From Candidatus Omnitrophota bacterium (GTDB taxonomy: Bacteria > Omnitrophota > Gorgyraeia > Gygaellales > Profunditerraquicolaceae), in NCBI GenBank assembly GCA_028715785.1, contig JAQURC010000001.1:76766-140765 (forward strand): a DNA stretch of 64,000 bases, given 5' to 3'. The notes beneath the pieces are model-generated. The model saw only the letters and a list, made by a program, of their open reading frames with translations. It was not told where the DNA came from and searched no databases. The position numbers and the translations under genes were made by a program. How positions within the stretch are numbered: the stretch's first letter is position 1; the number at the start of each line of letters is the position of its first letter. Below, one piece after another: positions 26,019 through 35,266 of this stretch.

Positions 26019-26597
26019 ATGATGAAGGCCAGGGAAAGCGGGATGCCCGAGCGTGATATGTGGGAAAAGTTTTTTAACCCCGCAAAGATTTTAGCTACGC
26101 TTGGCCTAAACAGCCAGACGGTTGATGTGGCGGAGTTTGGTTGCGGCTATGGTACGTTTACGATCCCCGCCGCCAAGGTTATCAAAGGCAAAATCTACGC
26201 GCTGGATATTGAGCCGGATATGATTCGTATTACCAATGAAGAAGTCAAAAAACATGGCTTAAACAATGTGCGGATAACACTGCGTGATTTTATAGCGGAA
26301 GGTTCCGGCCTTTCCGACGAAAGTGTTGACTATGTAATGCTCTTTAATATTCTTCATCTCGAGAAACCAACAGTGCTTATTCATGAAGCAAAGCGGGTTT
26401 TAAAAGATGGCGGCAAACTTGGGATTATCCATTGGAATTACGATCCTAAGACACCGAGGGGTCCTTCAATGGATATCCGGCCTAAGCCGGAGCAATGTAT
26501 CAAATGGGCTGAAAGTGCCGGGTTTAGCAATCCGGTTAGATATGATTTAAAACCATATCATTATGGGATCGTGCTTACGAAAGGAGCTTCAAGATGA
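26019..26597 (+). CDS. Class I SAM-dependent methyltransferase
   Basis: VAEFGCGYGTF glycine-rich SAM motif. GAGGAG RBS before ATG 26019. Confidence 0.7.
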   Translation: MMKARESGMPERDMWEKFFNPAKILATLGLNSQTVDVAEFGCGYGTFTIPAAKVIKGKIYALDIEPDMIRITNEEVKKHGLNNVRITLRDFIAEGSGLSDESVDYVMLFNILHLEKPTVLIHEAKRVLKDGGKLGIIHWNYDPKTPRGPSMDIRPKPEQCIKWAESAGFSNPVRYDLKPYHYGIVLTKGASR

Positions 26598-26914
26598 AGA
26601 TAGGGGTGATCATTTCAAGTAACGATGCCGAAACTTGCTGGAATGTCCTTCGGTACGCAAACTTCTGCCTTGGGCAGAAAGATCAGGTGAAGGTATTTCT
26701 TATGGGGAAAGGTGTTGAGTACCAGCAGATAAGTACCGAGAAGTTCAACACGATTGAGCAGGCGGAGAAATTGCTTCAGGCCGGCGGTAAAATACTAGCC
26801 TGCGGAACGTGCGTCAAATTCCGGAATCAGGAAGGCACGGAAATGTGCCCGATTAACACGATGAAAGATATGTACGAGATTATCAAGGAAAGTGACAAGG
26901 TAGTTACTTTCTAA
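26594..26914 (+). CDS. DsrE/DsrF-like family protein
   Basis: MKIGVIISSND...KVFLMGKGV DsrE-like fold signature with a CGTC motif. Confidence 0.55.
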   Translation: MKIGVIISSNDAETCWNVLRYANFCLGQKDQVKVFLMGKGVEYQQISTEKFNTIEQAEKLLQAGGKILACGTCVKFRNQEGTEMCPINTMKDMYEIIKESDKVVTF

Positions 26915-26929
26915 CTCGTTAAATTTATA

Positions 26930-26957
26930 TTGACAAACCGCGAAAATAGTATATACT
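26930..26957 (+). promoter_or_regulatory. sigma70-type promoter of cspA, followed by a long (~125 nt) 5' UTR
   Basis: TTGACA 26930-35, 16-nt spacer, TATACT 26952-57. UTR contains a CCGTAAGG...CCTTACGG hairpin. Confidence 0.5.
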
Positions 26958-27083
26958 TTATAACGTAGTGAGCAAGGGAGTAGAAGTCTTGAACCGTAAG
27001 GAGAAAGAATGACACGCCTTACGGTTTTTTGTTTTACTCCTTGTTTTGGCTATAATTTTAGTGGAAAGGAGGAAGTAAAGAAA

Positions 27084-27284
27084 ATGGCAAAGGGTAAAGT
27101 AAAGTGGTTTTCCAATCAAAAGGGATATGGTTTTATTACTCCTGAGAACGGCGCTGATGTATTCGTGCATCACACCGCGATCCAGGGTGAAGGCTATAAG
27201 ACCTTAGAGGAGGGCCAAGAGGTCGAATTCGACATCGAAAAAGGTCCTAAAGGTGAACAAGCTACTAAAGTAGTGAAGTTATAA
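27084..27284 (+). CDS. cspA: Cold shock protein (CspA family)
   Basis: [21 protein letters not shown]1 motif and [11 protein letters not shown]2 motif. Confidence 0.95.
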   Translation: MAKGKVKWFSNQKGYGFITPENGADVFVHHTAIQGEGYKTLEEGQEVEFDIEKGPKGEQATKVVKL

Positions 27285-27304
27285 CCTAATCAGGAAAACA
27301 GAAA

Positions 27305-27336
27305 GGGCCCGGCACAAAATGCTGGGCCTTTTTTGT
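27305..27336 (+). terminator. Rho-independent terminator
   Basis: GGGCCCGGCA...GCTGGGCC hairpin followed by TTTTTTGTTT. Confidence 0.7.
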
Positions 27337-27361
27337 TTAAAATCGTGGTAGAATAAAAAAC

Positions 27362-28438
27362 ATGAAAAAGTTCGCAGCGGTAGCCATGAGCGGCGGAGTG
27401 GATTCTTCGGTAGCCGCGGCTTTATTAAAGGAGCAAGGGTATGAGGTAGTCGGCCTGACCATGTGTTTTAACTTGGCGGAAAAGGACGGCAAAAAACCCA
27501 GTTGCTGCGGTTTAACCGGAATTGAGGATGCCCGGCGGGTCTGCCAAAAGCTGGGAATCCGGCATTATGTTATCAATTTGGATAAAGATTTTTCCCGGGA
27601 TGTAATCCAGGATTTTTATCAGGAATACCTAAGCGGCAGGACTCCCAACCCCTGCGTTCGCTGCAATCAGTTCATCAAATTCGGTATTTTACTTAAAAAG
27701 GCGCTTGGGCTGGGCGCCAAATTCTTAGCCACCGGCCATTACGCCAGGATTGTCAGATCAAAGCCAGGGTATCTGCTTAAAAAAGCCAGGGACCTTAAAA
27801 AAGATCAATCCTATTTTTTATACCGTTTAAACCAGGAACAACTAAAACACATAATTTTCCCGTTAGGCAATTTTACTAAATCCAAAGTCAGGGAGAAGGC
27901 CAGGGGCCTTGGGCTCAATGTGGCGGAAAAACAGGATAGCCAGGAGATTTGTTTCCTGCCGGACGGAAAACACGGGGATTTGATCAAGGCCAAAGGTTTA
28001 AGCCGTGTTGGGACAGGCGAGTTGGTGGATAAAGAAGGGAATATCCTTGGGCAGCATCAGGGAATAGCATTTTATACTATCGGCCAGCGCCATGGATTGG
28101 GGGTTGCCAAGGGGTATCCGCTGTATGTCACGCGGATTAATGCCAAAGCCAACCGGATTACCGTGGGCAAACGGCAGGAGGCTTATAAAAGCGGATGCAT
28201 TATAAGAGAAGGGCATTTTTTGGGCAAGCCTTTTAAAAAGAAGGTTGAGATAAAGGTAAGGATACGCTATAATCATAAAGAAATGCCGGCAGTTGTTTAT
28301 CCGGATAAAAAAGCATTGAAGGTAATTTTTAAGCAGCCGCAGTTTGCCATCACGCCCGGCCAATCCGCGGTCTTCTATGATAAAGATATAGTTCTAGGCG
28401 GAGGAATAATCCAAAAGGTTATTGATAAAAATGATTAA
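27362..28438 (+). CDS. mnmA: tRNA-specific 2-thiouridylase
   Basis: SGGVDSSV PP-loop and NPCVRCNQFIKF catalytic Cys motif. Confidence 0.9.
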   Translation: MKKFAAVAMSGGVDSSVAAALLKEQGYEVVGLTMCFNLAEKDGKKPSCCGLTGIEDARRVCQKLGIRHYVINLDKDFSRDVIQDFYQEYLSGRTPNPCVRCNQFIKFGILLKKALGLGAKFLATGHYARIVRSKPGYLLKKARDLKKDQSYFLYRLNQEQLKHIIFPLGNFTKSKVREKARGLGLNVAEKQDSQEICFLPDGKHGDLIKAKGLSRVGTGELVDKEGNILGQHQGIAFYTIGQRHGLGVAKGYPLYVTRINAKANRITVGKRQEAYKSGCIIREGHFLGKPFKKKVEIKVRIRYNHKEMPAVVYPDKKALKVIFKQPQFAITPGQSAVFYDKDIVLGGGIIQKVIDKND

Positions 28439-29348
28439 GGAAGATAAGGAATTAGTCGCCAAGATCAAAGAGTTAAAGAAAAAACGCAATGCCATAATCC
28501 TGGCGCATAACTACCAGTTGCCGGAGGTCCAGGATATCGCCGACTTCCGCGGGGATTCCCTTGAGCTTTCGCGGATGGCCGCCAAAACCGACGCAAAAGT
28601 AATTGTTTTCTGCGGGGTTTATTTTATGGCCGAGACCGCTTCCATTCTTTCTCCGGATAAATTAGTAATTATGCCGGATATATCCGCCGGATGCCCGATG
28701 GCCAATATGATGACTGCCGCTGACCTGAGGAAGCTAAAAGCCGAGCATCCCCGGGCAGTAGCCGTAGGTTACGTGAATACTTCGGCGCAGGTGAAAGCGG
28801 AGCTGGATTATTGCTGCACTTCGACTAATGCCGTGGCGGTAATCAACTTTTTAAAGAATGAGAAAGAAATAATTTTTGTCCCGGATAAATACCTGGCTGA
28901 TTATGTTTCCAAGAAGAGCGGCAGAAAATTAATCACCTGGCACGGTTTTTGCCCGACGCACGTTAAGATATTGCCGGAGGATTTAAAAAGAGAGAAAAAA
29001 TTCCACCCTAAGGCCAAGGTGATGGTGCATCCGGAGTGCCTGCCCTCTGTAGTGGCATTGGCGGACGCGGTATTATCTACCAGCCAGATGGCTAAATATG
29101 CCAGGGAAAATCCGGCCAAAGAGTTTATCGTCGGCACGGAAGCGGGGCTGGTTTACCGCCTAAAGCAGGATAATCCGGATAAGGAATTTTATTTAGCCAG
29201 CGAACGGGCGGTGTGCCCGAACATGAAACGCACCACGCTGGAAAAAGTGTTCTGGTCTCTGGAGGACCTGAAGGAAGAGGTTAAGGTCCCTGAAAATATC
29301 AGAGCAAAAGCGTACCTGGCTATTGAGCGCATGTTAAAGATTGTTTAA
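28422..29348 (+). CDS. nadA: Quinolinate synthase
   Basis: ILAHNYQLPEVQDIADFRGDS typical of the NadA N-terminus. Confidence 0.85.
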   Translation: MIKMIKEDKELVAKIKELKKKRNAIILAHNYQLPEVQDIADFRGDSLELSRMAAKTDAKVIVFCGVYFMAETASILSPDKLVIMPDISAGCPMANMMTAADLRKLKAEHPRAVAVGYVNTSAQVKAELDYCCTSTNAVAVINFLKNEKEIIFVPDKYLADYVSKKSGRKLITWHGFCPTHVKILPEDLKREKKFHPKAKVMVHPECLPSVVALADAVLSTSQMAKYARENPAKEFIVGTEAGLVYRLKQDNPDKEFYLASERAVCPNMKRTTLEKVFWSLEDLKEEVKVPENIRAKAYLAIERMLKIV

Positions 29349-29971
29349 TGAATATCCCGATCGTCTTTGAAGATGATTGGCTGCTGGTGGTTAATAAGCC
29401 TGCCGGCCTATTGAGTGTTCCCACACCCAAAAACGAACCGCGTACTTTGACCAGCATCTTAAACCAGGATGTTCAAGAGAGAGGATTAAAATACCGGCTT
29501 TATCCTTGCCACCGCCTTGACCGGGAAACTTCAGGGTTGGTGATTTACGCTAAATCCCAGAGCATTGAATCAAAAATGGCGGATGCTTTCAGGAGCAGGC
29601 AGGTAAATAAAAAATATATTGCCTTTGTGCATGGGAAATTAGCGCATCCGCAAGGGGCTATCGCTTCTGCCATCGAGGGCAAAAGCGCGCTTACGAAGTA
29701 CAAGGTTATGCAGGAAAAAAATAATTACAGCGTAGTTGAGGTTTCTCCGGTCACCGGCAGGACGAATCAGGTCCGGATCCACTTCAAGAGTATCCAGCAT
29801 CCCTTAGTGGGAGAGGATAAGTTTATTTTCCGCAAGGATTTTGCTTTACGGGCAAAACGGGTCTGCCTGCACGCTAAATATTTAGAGTTTAGGCATCCTA
29901 TAACCGGTAAAATTGTGGCGGTTTGCGCGCCTCTGGCCGCAGATATGCAAAAGTTTTTGGAAGATCGCTAA
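29348..29971 (+). CDS. RluA-family pseudouridine synthase (short form)
   Basis: HRLDRETSGLV catalytic Asp motif. Confidence 0.8.
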   Translation: MNIPIVFEDDWLLVVNKPAGLLSVPTPKNEPRTLTSILNQDVQERGLKYRLYPCHRLDRETSGLVIYAKSQSIESKMADAFRSRQVNKKYIAFVHGKLAHPQGAIASAIEGKSALTKYKVMQEKNNYSVVEVSPVTGRTNQVRIHFKSIQHPLVGEDKFIFRKDFALRAKRVCLHAKYLEFRHPITGKIVAVCAPLAADMQKFLEDR

Positions 29972-29986
29972 TTTTAGGGGGACCTA

Positions 29987-30757
29987 ATGCACATATTGGT
30001 TGTCTTGATTTTTGGTATTGTCGAGGGGATTACGGAGTTTTTGCCTGTTTCTTCGACCGGCCACTTAATGCTGACCGCCAAACTTCTGCGGATCAGCCAA
30101 TCGGAATTTATCAAAAGTTTTGAAATCGCTATCCAGCTGGGGGCAATACTTGCGGTGGTCGTTCTGTATTGGGATAGGCTGATGAAGAGCCGGGAGATTT
30201 GGAAACGCTTGGCGGTTGCTTTTTTGCCCGCGGCCCTGATCGGGGCCCTGTTTTATAAAATGATCAAAAGATATCTTTTGGGCAATAATGAAGTGGTGCT
30301 CTGGTCCTTGTTTATCGGCGGGTTATTTTTGATTATCTTTGAGTTGCTGCACCGCGAAAAGAAAGACGCGGTTGAAGAGTTGTCCGCTGTTTCTTATCCG
30401 CAGGCATTGGTTATTGGTCTGTTTCAATCGGTAGCGATGGTCCCGGGAGTTTCCCGGGCCGCGGCTACGATTATCGGCGGGCTGGTTGTGGGGCTAAAAA
30501 GAAAAACTATTGTTGAGTTTTCATTCCTTCTGGCGATACCCACGATGCTGGCGGCAACGGCTTTGGATCTTTTTAAAAGCGCCCAAGTTTTTAAACCGGA
30601 GCAGTTTGTTTCTTTGGGGACAGGTTTTATCGTCTCATTTTTGGTGGCCCTTGCCGCGATTAAGTTTTTGCTCAGCTTTATCAAGCGCCACAGTTTTGTC
30701 GCTTTCGGGGTATACCGCGTAATTATCGCTTTGGTATTTTGGTCAATACTGAAGTAA
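29987..30757 (+). CDS. uppP: Undecaprenyl-diphosphate phosphatase
   Basis: GITEFLPVSSTGHL signature. Confidence 0.9.
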   Translation: MHILVVLIFGIVEGITEFLPVSSTGHLMLTAKLLRISQSEFIKSFEIAIQLGAILAVVVLYWDRLMKSREIWKRLAVAFLPAALIGALFYKMIKRYLLGNNEVVLWSLFIGGLFLIIFELLHREKKDAVEELSAVSYPQALVIGLFQSVAMVPGVSRAAATIIGGLVVGLKRKTIVEFSFLLAIPTMLAATALDLFKSAQVFKPEQFVSLGTGFIVSFLVALAAIKFLLSFIKRHSFVAFGVYRVIIALVFWSILK

Positions 30758-30770
30758 ACGGAGGAACGAC

Positions 30771-31688
30771 ATGAGTATTATCGTGTTAGGCACAGTGGCA
30801 TTAGACAGCGTAAAGACTCCTTTTGGCAGGCGTAAAGAATTACTGGGAGGTTCAGCGGCGCATTTTTCCATGGCCGCCCGGCTTTTTACCAAAGTCAACC
30901 TGATTGCCATTGTCGGCAGTGATTTTCCGAAGAAGCACATTGTCTTCTTGAGGAGCAAGGGGATAAACCTTAGTTCTTTGGTGACGGATAGCGGCAAGAC
31001 ATTCCGATGGGAAGGCGAATATAAGGGGGATTTGAATTCCGCGCTCACTTTAAATACCGAATTGGGCGTACTTTCGGTATTTAAACCGCAGGTGTCTGAA
31101 GAGCAGCGTAAAATCGAAAACATATTTTTAGCCAACGTTGACCCGGATATCCAGGAGCATCTTTTGCGCAAAATGCATTCCCCGAAATTAGTCGGTTTAG
31201 ACAGTATGAATTATTGGATTAATACTAAGCGTAAGGAATTGATCAAACTGCTTAAGCTTATCGATATTTACGTGGCCAACGATCAGGAGGCCAGGGATTT
31301 ATCGGGAGAAACCAATTTGATTAAGGCGGCCAGGCGCCTGTCTTCCTTTGGCCCTAAAATGGTGCTGATTAAAAAAGGGGAGCACGGGGTTTTATTTTAC
31401 AGCCGGTCTTTACATGCCTCAAGCGGCCCTGTTTTTTCTCTCCCGGCATATCCGGTTGAGAAGGTGATCGACCCTACGGGGGCAGGGGATACTTTTGCCG
31501 GGGGGTTTATGGGTTATCTGGCAAAGAGCGGCAAGATAAATTCTTCGGCAATAAAGAAGGCATTGGCTTACGGGACAGTGGCGGCTTCTTTTAACGTGGA
31601 AGATTTTGGCCTGTATCGGACAAGCAAGCTTGTCCCGCAAGATTTAGAAAGGCGCTTGATTAAATTCAAGAGCTGTTTTTCATTTTAA
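30771..31688 (+). CDS. PfkB-family carbohydrate kinase
   Basis: DPTGAGDTFAGGF ATP-binding signature. Confidence 0.7.
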   Translation: MSIIVLGTVALDSVKTPFGRRKELLGGSAAHFSMAARLFTKVNLIAIVGSDFPKKHIVFLRSKGINLSSLVTDSGKTFRWEGEYKGDLNSALTLNTELGVLSVFKPQVSEEQRKIENIFLANVDPDIQEHLLRKMHSPKLVGLDSMNYWINTKRKELIKLLKLIDIYVANDQEARDLSGETNLIKAARRLSSFGPKMVLIKKGEHGVLFYSRSLHASSGPVFSLPAYPVEKVIDPTGAGDTFAGGFMGYLAKSGKINSSAIKKALAYGTVAASFNVEDFGLYRTSKLVPQDLERRLIKFKSCFSF

Positions 31689-31719
31689 TCCTTTAACACC
31701 CCGCGCAAGGAGGAAAATT

Positions 31720-32172
31720 ATGTTGGCAGAAAAGATTTTTGACGATTATAAAGAGGCGATGAAGGCCAGGGATACTTTGAAGAGTTCGGTTTTGAGTTTT
31801 TTGCGCGCGGATATGCTTAATTTGGCAACCGCCAAGAAAAAAGATAAACTGGATGATGCCGAAATTATTACCGTAATCAAGAAACAAATAAAACAGCGCC
31901 AGGATTCTATCGAACAATTCACCAAAGGCGCAAGGTTGGATGCGGCGGAAAAAGAGAAAAAGGAATCAGAGATCCTGAAAAGCTATTTACCCGCGGAAAT
32001 GCCGGTTGAGGAGATCAAGCGTTTGATTGAAGAAGCGGTTGCGGCAACCGGAGCAAGCGGCATGAAAGATATGGGCCGGCTGATGAAGGAGCTGACGGTA
32101 AAGATCGCCGGAGGGGCTGACGGAAAGCTGGTCAGCGATTTGGTAAGGCAAAGATTAAGCACTCCTTCCTAA
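31720..32172 (+). CDS. yqeY: GatB/YqeY domain protein
   Basis: Full-length similarity to the YqeY pattern (150 aa). Preceded by the short form of the CACCCCGCGC element. Confidence 0.7.
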   Translation: MLAEKIFDDYKEAMKARDTLKSSVLSFLRADMLNLATAKKKDKLDDAEIITVIKKQIKQRQDSIEQFTKGARLDAAEKEKKESEILKSYLPAEMPVEEIKRLIEEAVAATGASGMKDMGRLMKELTVKIAGGADGKLVSDLVRQRLSTPS

Positions 32173-32187
32173 AAGAAAGCCCGAAAT

Positions 32188-33381
32188 ATGTTTTCTTCGT
32201 TACAGGTTAAATATTTTCGTATCTATTGGCTGGGGATGTTCGTATCTTTGATCGGCACCTGGATACAAACCGTAGCCCAAAGCTGGCTGGTGTTTGAGTT
32301 AACCAGTTCCGCGTTTCTTTTAGGGGTGGTTGGCTTTTTAGGTTCAATACCCATGTTTGTGCTTTCCTTATTCGGAGGGGTGTTGGCCGATCGGGTGAAT
32401 AAAAGGAATATTCTGATCTTTACCCAGGTAACTTTTATGTTCCTGGCTTTTTTACTGGCGGTCCTGACGCAATTCAAACTTATCACTCCGCCACAAATCA
32501 TGTTCATCGCTTTGTTTAACGGGATAGTAATGGCCTTTGACGCTCCGGCCAGGCAGTCGATAGTGGTGGAGCTGGTCGGTAAAAAACATCTTTTTAACGC
32601 CATCGCGTTAAACTCGGTGGCTTTTAATTCCTCGCGGATCATCGGCCCGGCTATTGCCGGCGTGTTGGTTTCGGTAATCGGGATGAGCGGCTGTTTTTAC
32701 CTAAATGGAATTAGTTTCCTGGCGGTGATCATTGCCCTCTTTTGCATTAGGCTGGGAACAGGCGCAGCGCGCAGCAGCAATTCAGCGCTGAAAGACCTTA
32801 GAGAAGGGTTGGTTTTTATCAAGGGCCATCCGCTTATTTTAGCTCTAGTGAGCATGGTGGCGGCGATGAGCCTTTTTGGTATTTCTTATGTGATACTGAT
32901 GCCGGTTTTTGTCAACCATGTGCTGCACTCCGGAGTAAAAGGTTTAGGTATATTGATGTCCAGCGCGGGGTTTGGGGCTTTGATCGGAGCTTTAATTCTG
33001 GCCCGGCTGGGGGATTTTAAATATAAGGGGAGGCTCCTGGTAGGCTCGGCATTCCTGTTTTCCTTATCGCTGATAATTTTTTCATTATCTAAAAATTACG
33101 CTTTATCCGTTTTCTCTTTGATTCTTATAGGATGCACCAGCGTTATTCCGATTGCCTTGATCAATACCTTACTGCAAATTAACGTGCCGGATGCATTTCG
33201 CGGCAGGGTAATGAGCCTTTTTATGATTACTTTTGCCGGAATTATGCCTTTTGGAAATTTGATTTCTGGAAGCCTGGCGCAGTCATTGGGGGTATCGGCG
33301 GCTCTTTTTTTCTGCGGCCTGATTTGCCTGATATTGTTTACGTTGATTAATTTTGTATTTTCAGGGCTGAAAGAGTTATAA
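32188..33381 (+). CDS. MFS transporter
   Basis: 12 predicted TM segments; MFS motif GxLaDRxgrR-like (GGVLADRVNKRN). Confidence 0.75.
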   Translation: MFSSLQVKYFRIYWLGMFVSLIGTWIQTVAQSWLVFELTSSAFLLGVVGFLGSIPMFVLSLFGGVLADRVNKRNILIFTQVTFMFLAFLLAVLTQFKLITPPQIMFIALFNGIVMAFDAPARQSIVVELVGKKHLFNAIALNSVAFNSSRIIGPAIAGVLVSVIGMSGCFYLNGISFLAVIIALFCIRLGTGAARSSNSALKDLREGLVFIKGHPLILALVSMVAAMSLFGISYVILMPVFVNHVLHSGVKGLGILMSSAGFGALIGALILARLGDFKYKGRLLVGSAFLFSLSLIIFSLSKNYALSVFSLILIGCTSVIPIALINTLLQINVPDAFRGRVMSLFMITFAGIMPFGNLISGSLAQSLGVSAALFFCGLICLILFTLINFVFSGLKEL

Positions 33382-33505
33382 ATTTCAGTTGATTTATTCG
33401 CATATTTTGCTAGAATTATTGTTGGCAAGGAGGTGAACTGAATTCCGGTAATTCTTCCAAAATAACAAAACGCCATAATAATAAATTTTAGAGAGGAGAG
33501 TAGAT

Positions 33506-33952
33506 ATGAAAAGGTTATTGGGTTTAGGGGCGGTGGTTTTGATGTTAGCGGCAGTATCCGGTTGCGGTAAGAAACAGGAAGCAGAGGAGTTGCAGCCGAT
33601 TACCATGGAGTCTTTAAGTACGCCCGGCAGCCCGATTACGGCTATGCCGGACATAAAGCCCCAAGAAGTTAAACCTTTGGCCGCTCCAGCGGTTACCCAA
33701 GCCAAAGAACTTGTGCCTGTTCCGCCCCAAGGGCCTTATAAACCCGCGGGCATGGAAATCCAGACTGCTTTAAAGAATGCCGGTTTCTACACCGGTACTA
33801 TCGACGGAAAAATCGGCCCCAAGAGCAAGAAGGCGATCGAAAATTTTCAAACCGCAAACGGCCTTAAAGCCGACGGAAAAGTGGGCCCGAAGACCTGGGA
33901 AGCCTTAAGTAAGCATTTAAGCGCCGCAGCCGAGCCTGCCAAGAGGAGATAA
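33506..33952 (+). CDS. Lipoprotein with peptidoglycan-binding (PG_binding_1) domain
   Basis: Signal peptide with lipobox AVSGC. YTGTIDGKIGPKSKKAIENFQTANGLKADGKVGPKTWEAL PG-binding repeat. Confidence 0.7.
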   Translation: MKRLLGLGAVVLMLAAVSGCGKKQEAEELQPITMESLSTPGSPITAMPDIKPQEVKPLAAPAVTQAKELVPVPPQGPYKPAGMEIQTALKNAGFYTGTIDGKIGPKSKKAIENFQTANGLKADGKVGPKTWEALSKHLSAAAEPAKRR

Positions 33953-33991
33953 CGGAAAATTTTAAATTTTGTTTTTTAAGTTTAAAAAGAA

Positions 33992-34026
33992 GATCCCAAT
34001 GTAAAATATTGGGATTTTCTTTTTTA
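33992..34026 (+). terminator. Rho-independent terminator
   Basis: ATCCCAAT...ATTGGGAT hairpin plus a T-run. Confidence 0.7.
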
Positions 34027-34048
34027 CGGTGGTATAATATAAATTCAT

Positions 34049-35266
34049 ATGAAGAAATTTCCGCTAAATTTCCTTTGGGGCGCCGCAACTTCAGCGCATC
34101 AGGTCGAAGGCCAAAACATTCATAATGATTGGTGGCTGGCTGAGCAGAACCTTGCTTTAAAAGAAGCTTCAGGCAGCGCCTGCCGGCATTATGAACTTTA
34201 CGCGCAGGATTTTGCGATCGCCAAGGAGCTTGGCCACAATTGCCACCGTTTTTCCATAGAGTGGAGCCGTATTGAGCCGCAGGAAGGAGAATTTGACGCC
34301 TCCCAGATCGAACATTACCGTAAAGTTATTTTTGAATTGAAGAGCAGGGGGATTGAACCGGTAGTTACCCTGCATCATTTCACCAATCCTGCCTGGTTCA
34401 GCCAAAAAGGCGGCTGGACTAAATCCAATCTCCGGAAATATTTTTTGCGTTTTGTAGATAAAATAGTCAAAGAGTTTGCCGCGCAGGTAAAATTCTGGAT
34501 AACCATCAATGAGCCCCTGATTTATTCATCGCATTCGTATCTATTGGGCGTCTGGCCTCCCAAGGAGTGTTCGCTGTTTAAGACTGCCAAAGTGACATTT
34601 AATATGGCCGGCGCCCATATAAAAGCTTACCGTATCATCCATAAAATTTATCAGGAAAAATCCTTAGAGAAGCCCATGGTCAGTATCGCGGCTAATTTAC
34701 AGGCATTTGAAATTTGCCAGCCGACATTGAAGAATAAATTGGCCCTGTATTTACGGCATAAGTTATATAATCTTTATTTCATCGAAAAGCTTTTACGTAA
34801 AAAGTCCCTGGATTTTATCGGGATCAATTATTACGGCAGGAATCTTGCGGATGTGCGCAGCTGGAAGATAAGGAGTCTATTGCTGGATACCTGCAGTTAT
34901 AACCATCATCCCTTACGTAAGAATTCTTTAGGCTGGGATATTTACCCGCAGGGTCTCTGCAAGCTTTTAATGTCCCTTAAGCGGTATAATCTTCCGATTA
35001 TGATTACCGAAAACGGCATCTGTACCGAAGATGACGATTTAAGATGGGATTATATCCGGGAGCATCTGGAGCAGATACATCAGGCTATGGAGCGGGGGGT
35101 TGAAGTTTTAGGTTATATTTACTGGTCGCTGATAGACAATTTCGAATGGGATAAGGGGTTTAGCCCGCGTTTTGGCCTGGTGCAGGTGGATTATCAAAAT
35201 CAAAAACGCACAATCAGGGAAAGCGCAAAAAAACTCGCGCGGGTCTGCCAAAGCGGTGAAATTTAA
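34049..35266 (+). CDS. Glycoside hydrolase family 1 (beta-glucosidase/6-phospho-beta-glycosidase-like)
   Basis: FLWGAATSAHQVEG N-terminal signature, TINEP acid/base motif, ITENG nucleophile motif. Confidence 0.85.
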   Translation: MKKFPLNFLWGAATSAHQVEGQNIHNDWWLAEQNLALKEASGSACRHYELYAQDFAIAKELGHNCHRFSIEWSRIEPQEGEFDASQIEHYRKVIFELKSRGIEPVVTLHHFTNPAWFSQKGGWTKSNLRKYFLRFVDKIVKEFAAQVKFWITINEPLIYSSHSYLLGVWPPKECSLFKTAKVTFNMAGAHIKAYRIIHKIYQEKSLEKPMVSIAANLQAFEICQPTLKNKLALYLRHKLYNLYFIEKLLRKKSLDFIGINYYGRNLADVRSWKIRSLLLDTCSYNHHPLRKNSLGWDIYPQGLCKLLMSLKRYNLPIMITENGICTEDDDLRWDYIREHLEQIHQAMERGVEVLGYIYWSLIDNFEWDKGFSPRFGLVQVDYQNQKRTIRESAKKLARVCQSGEI

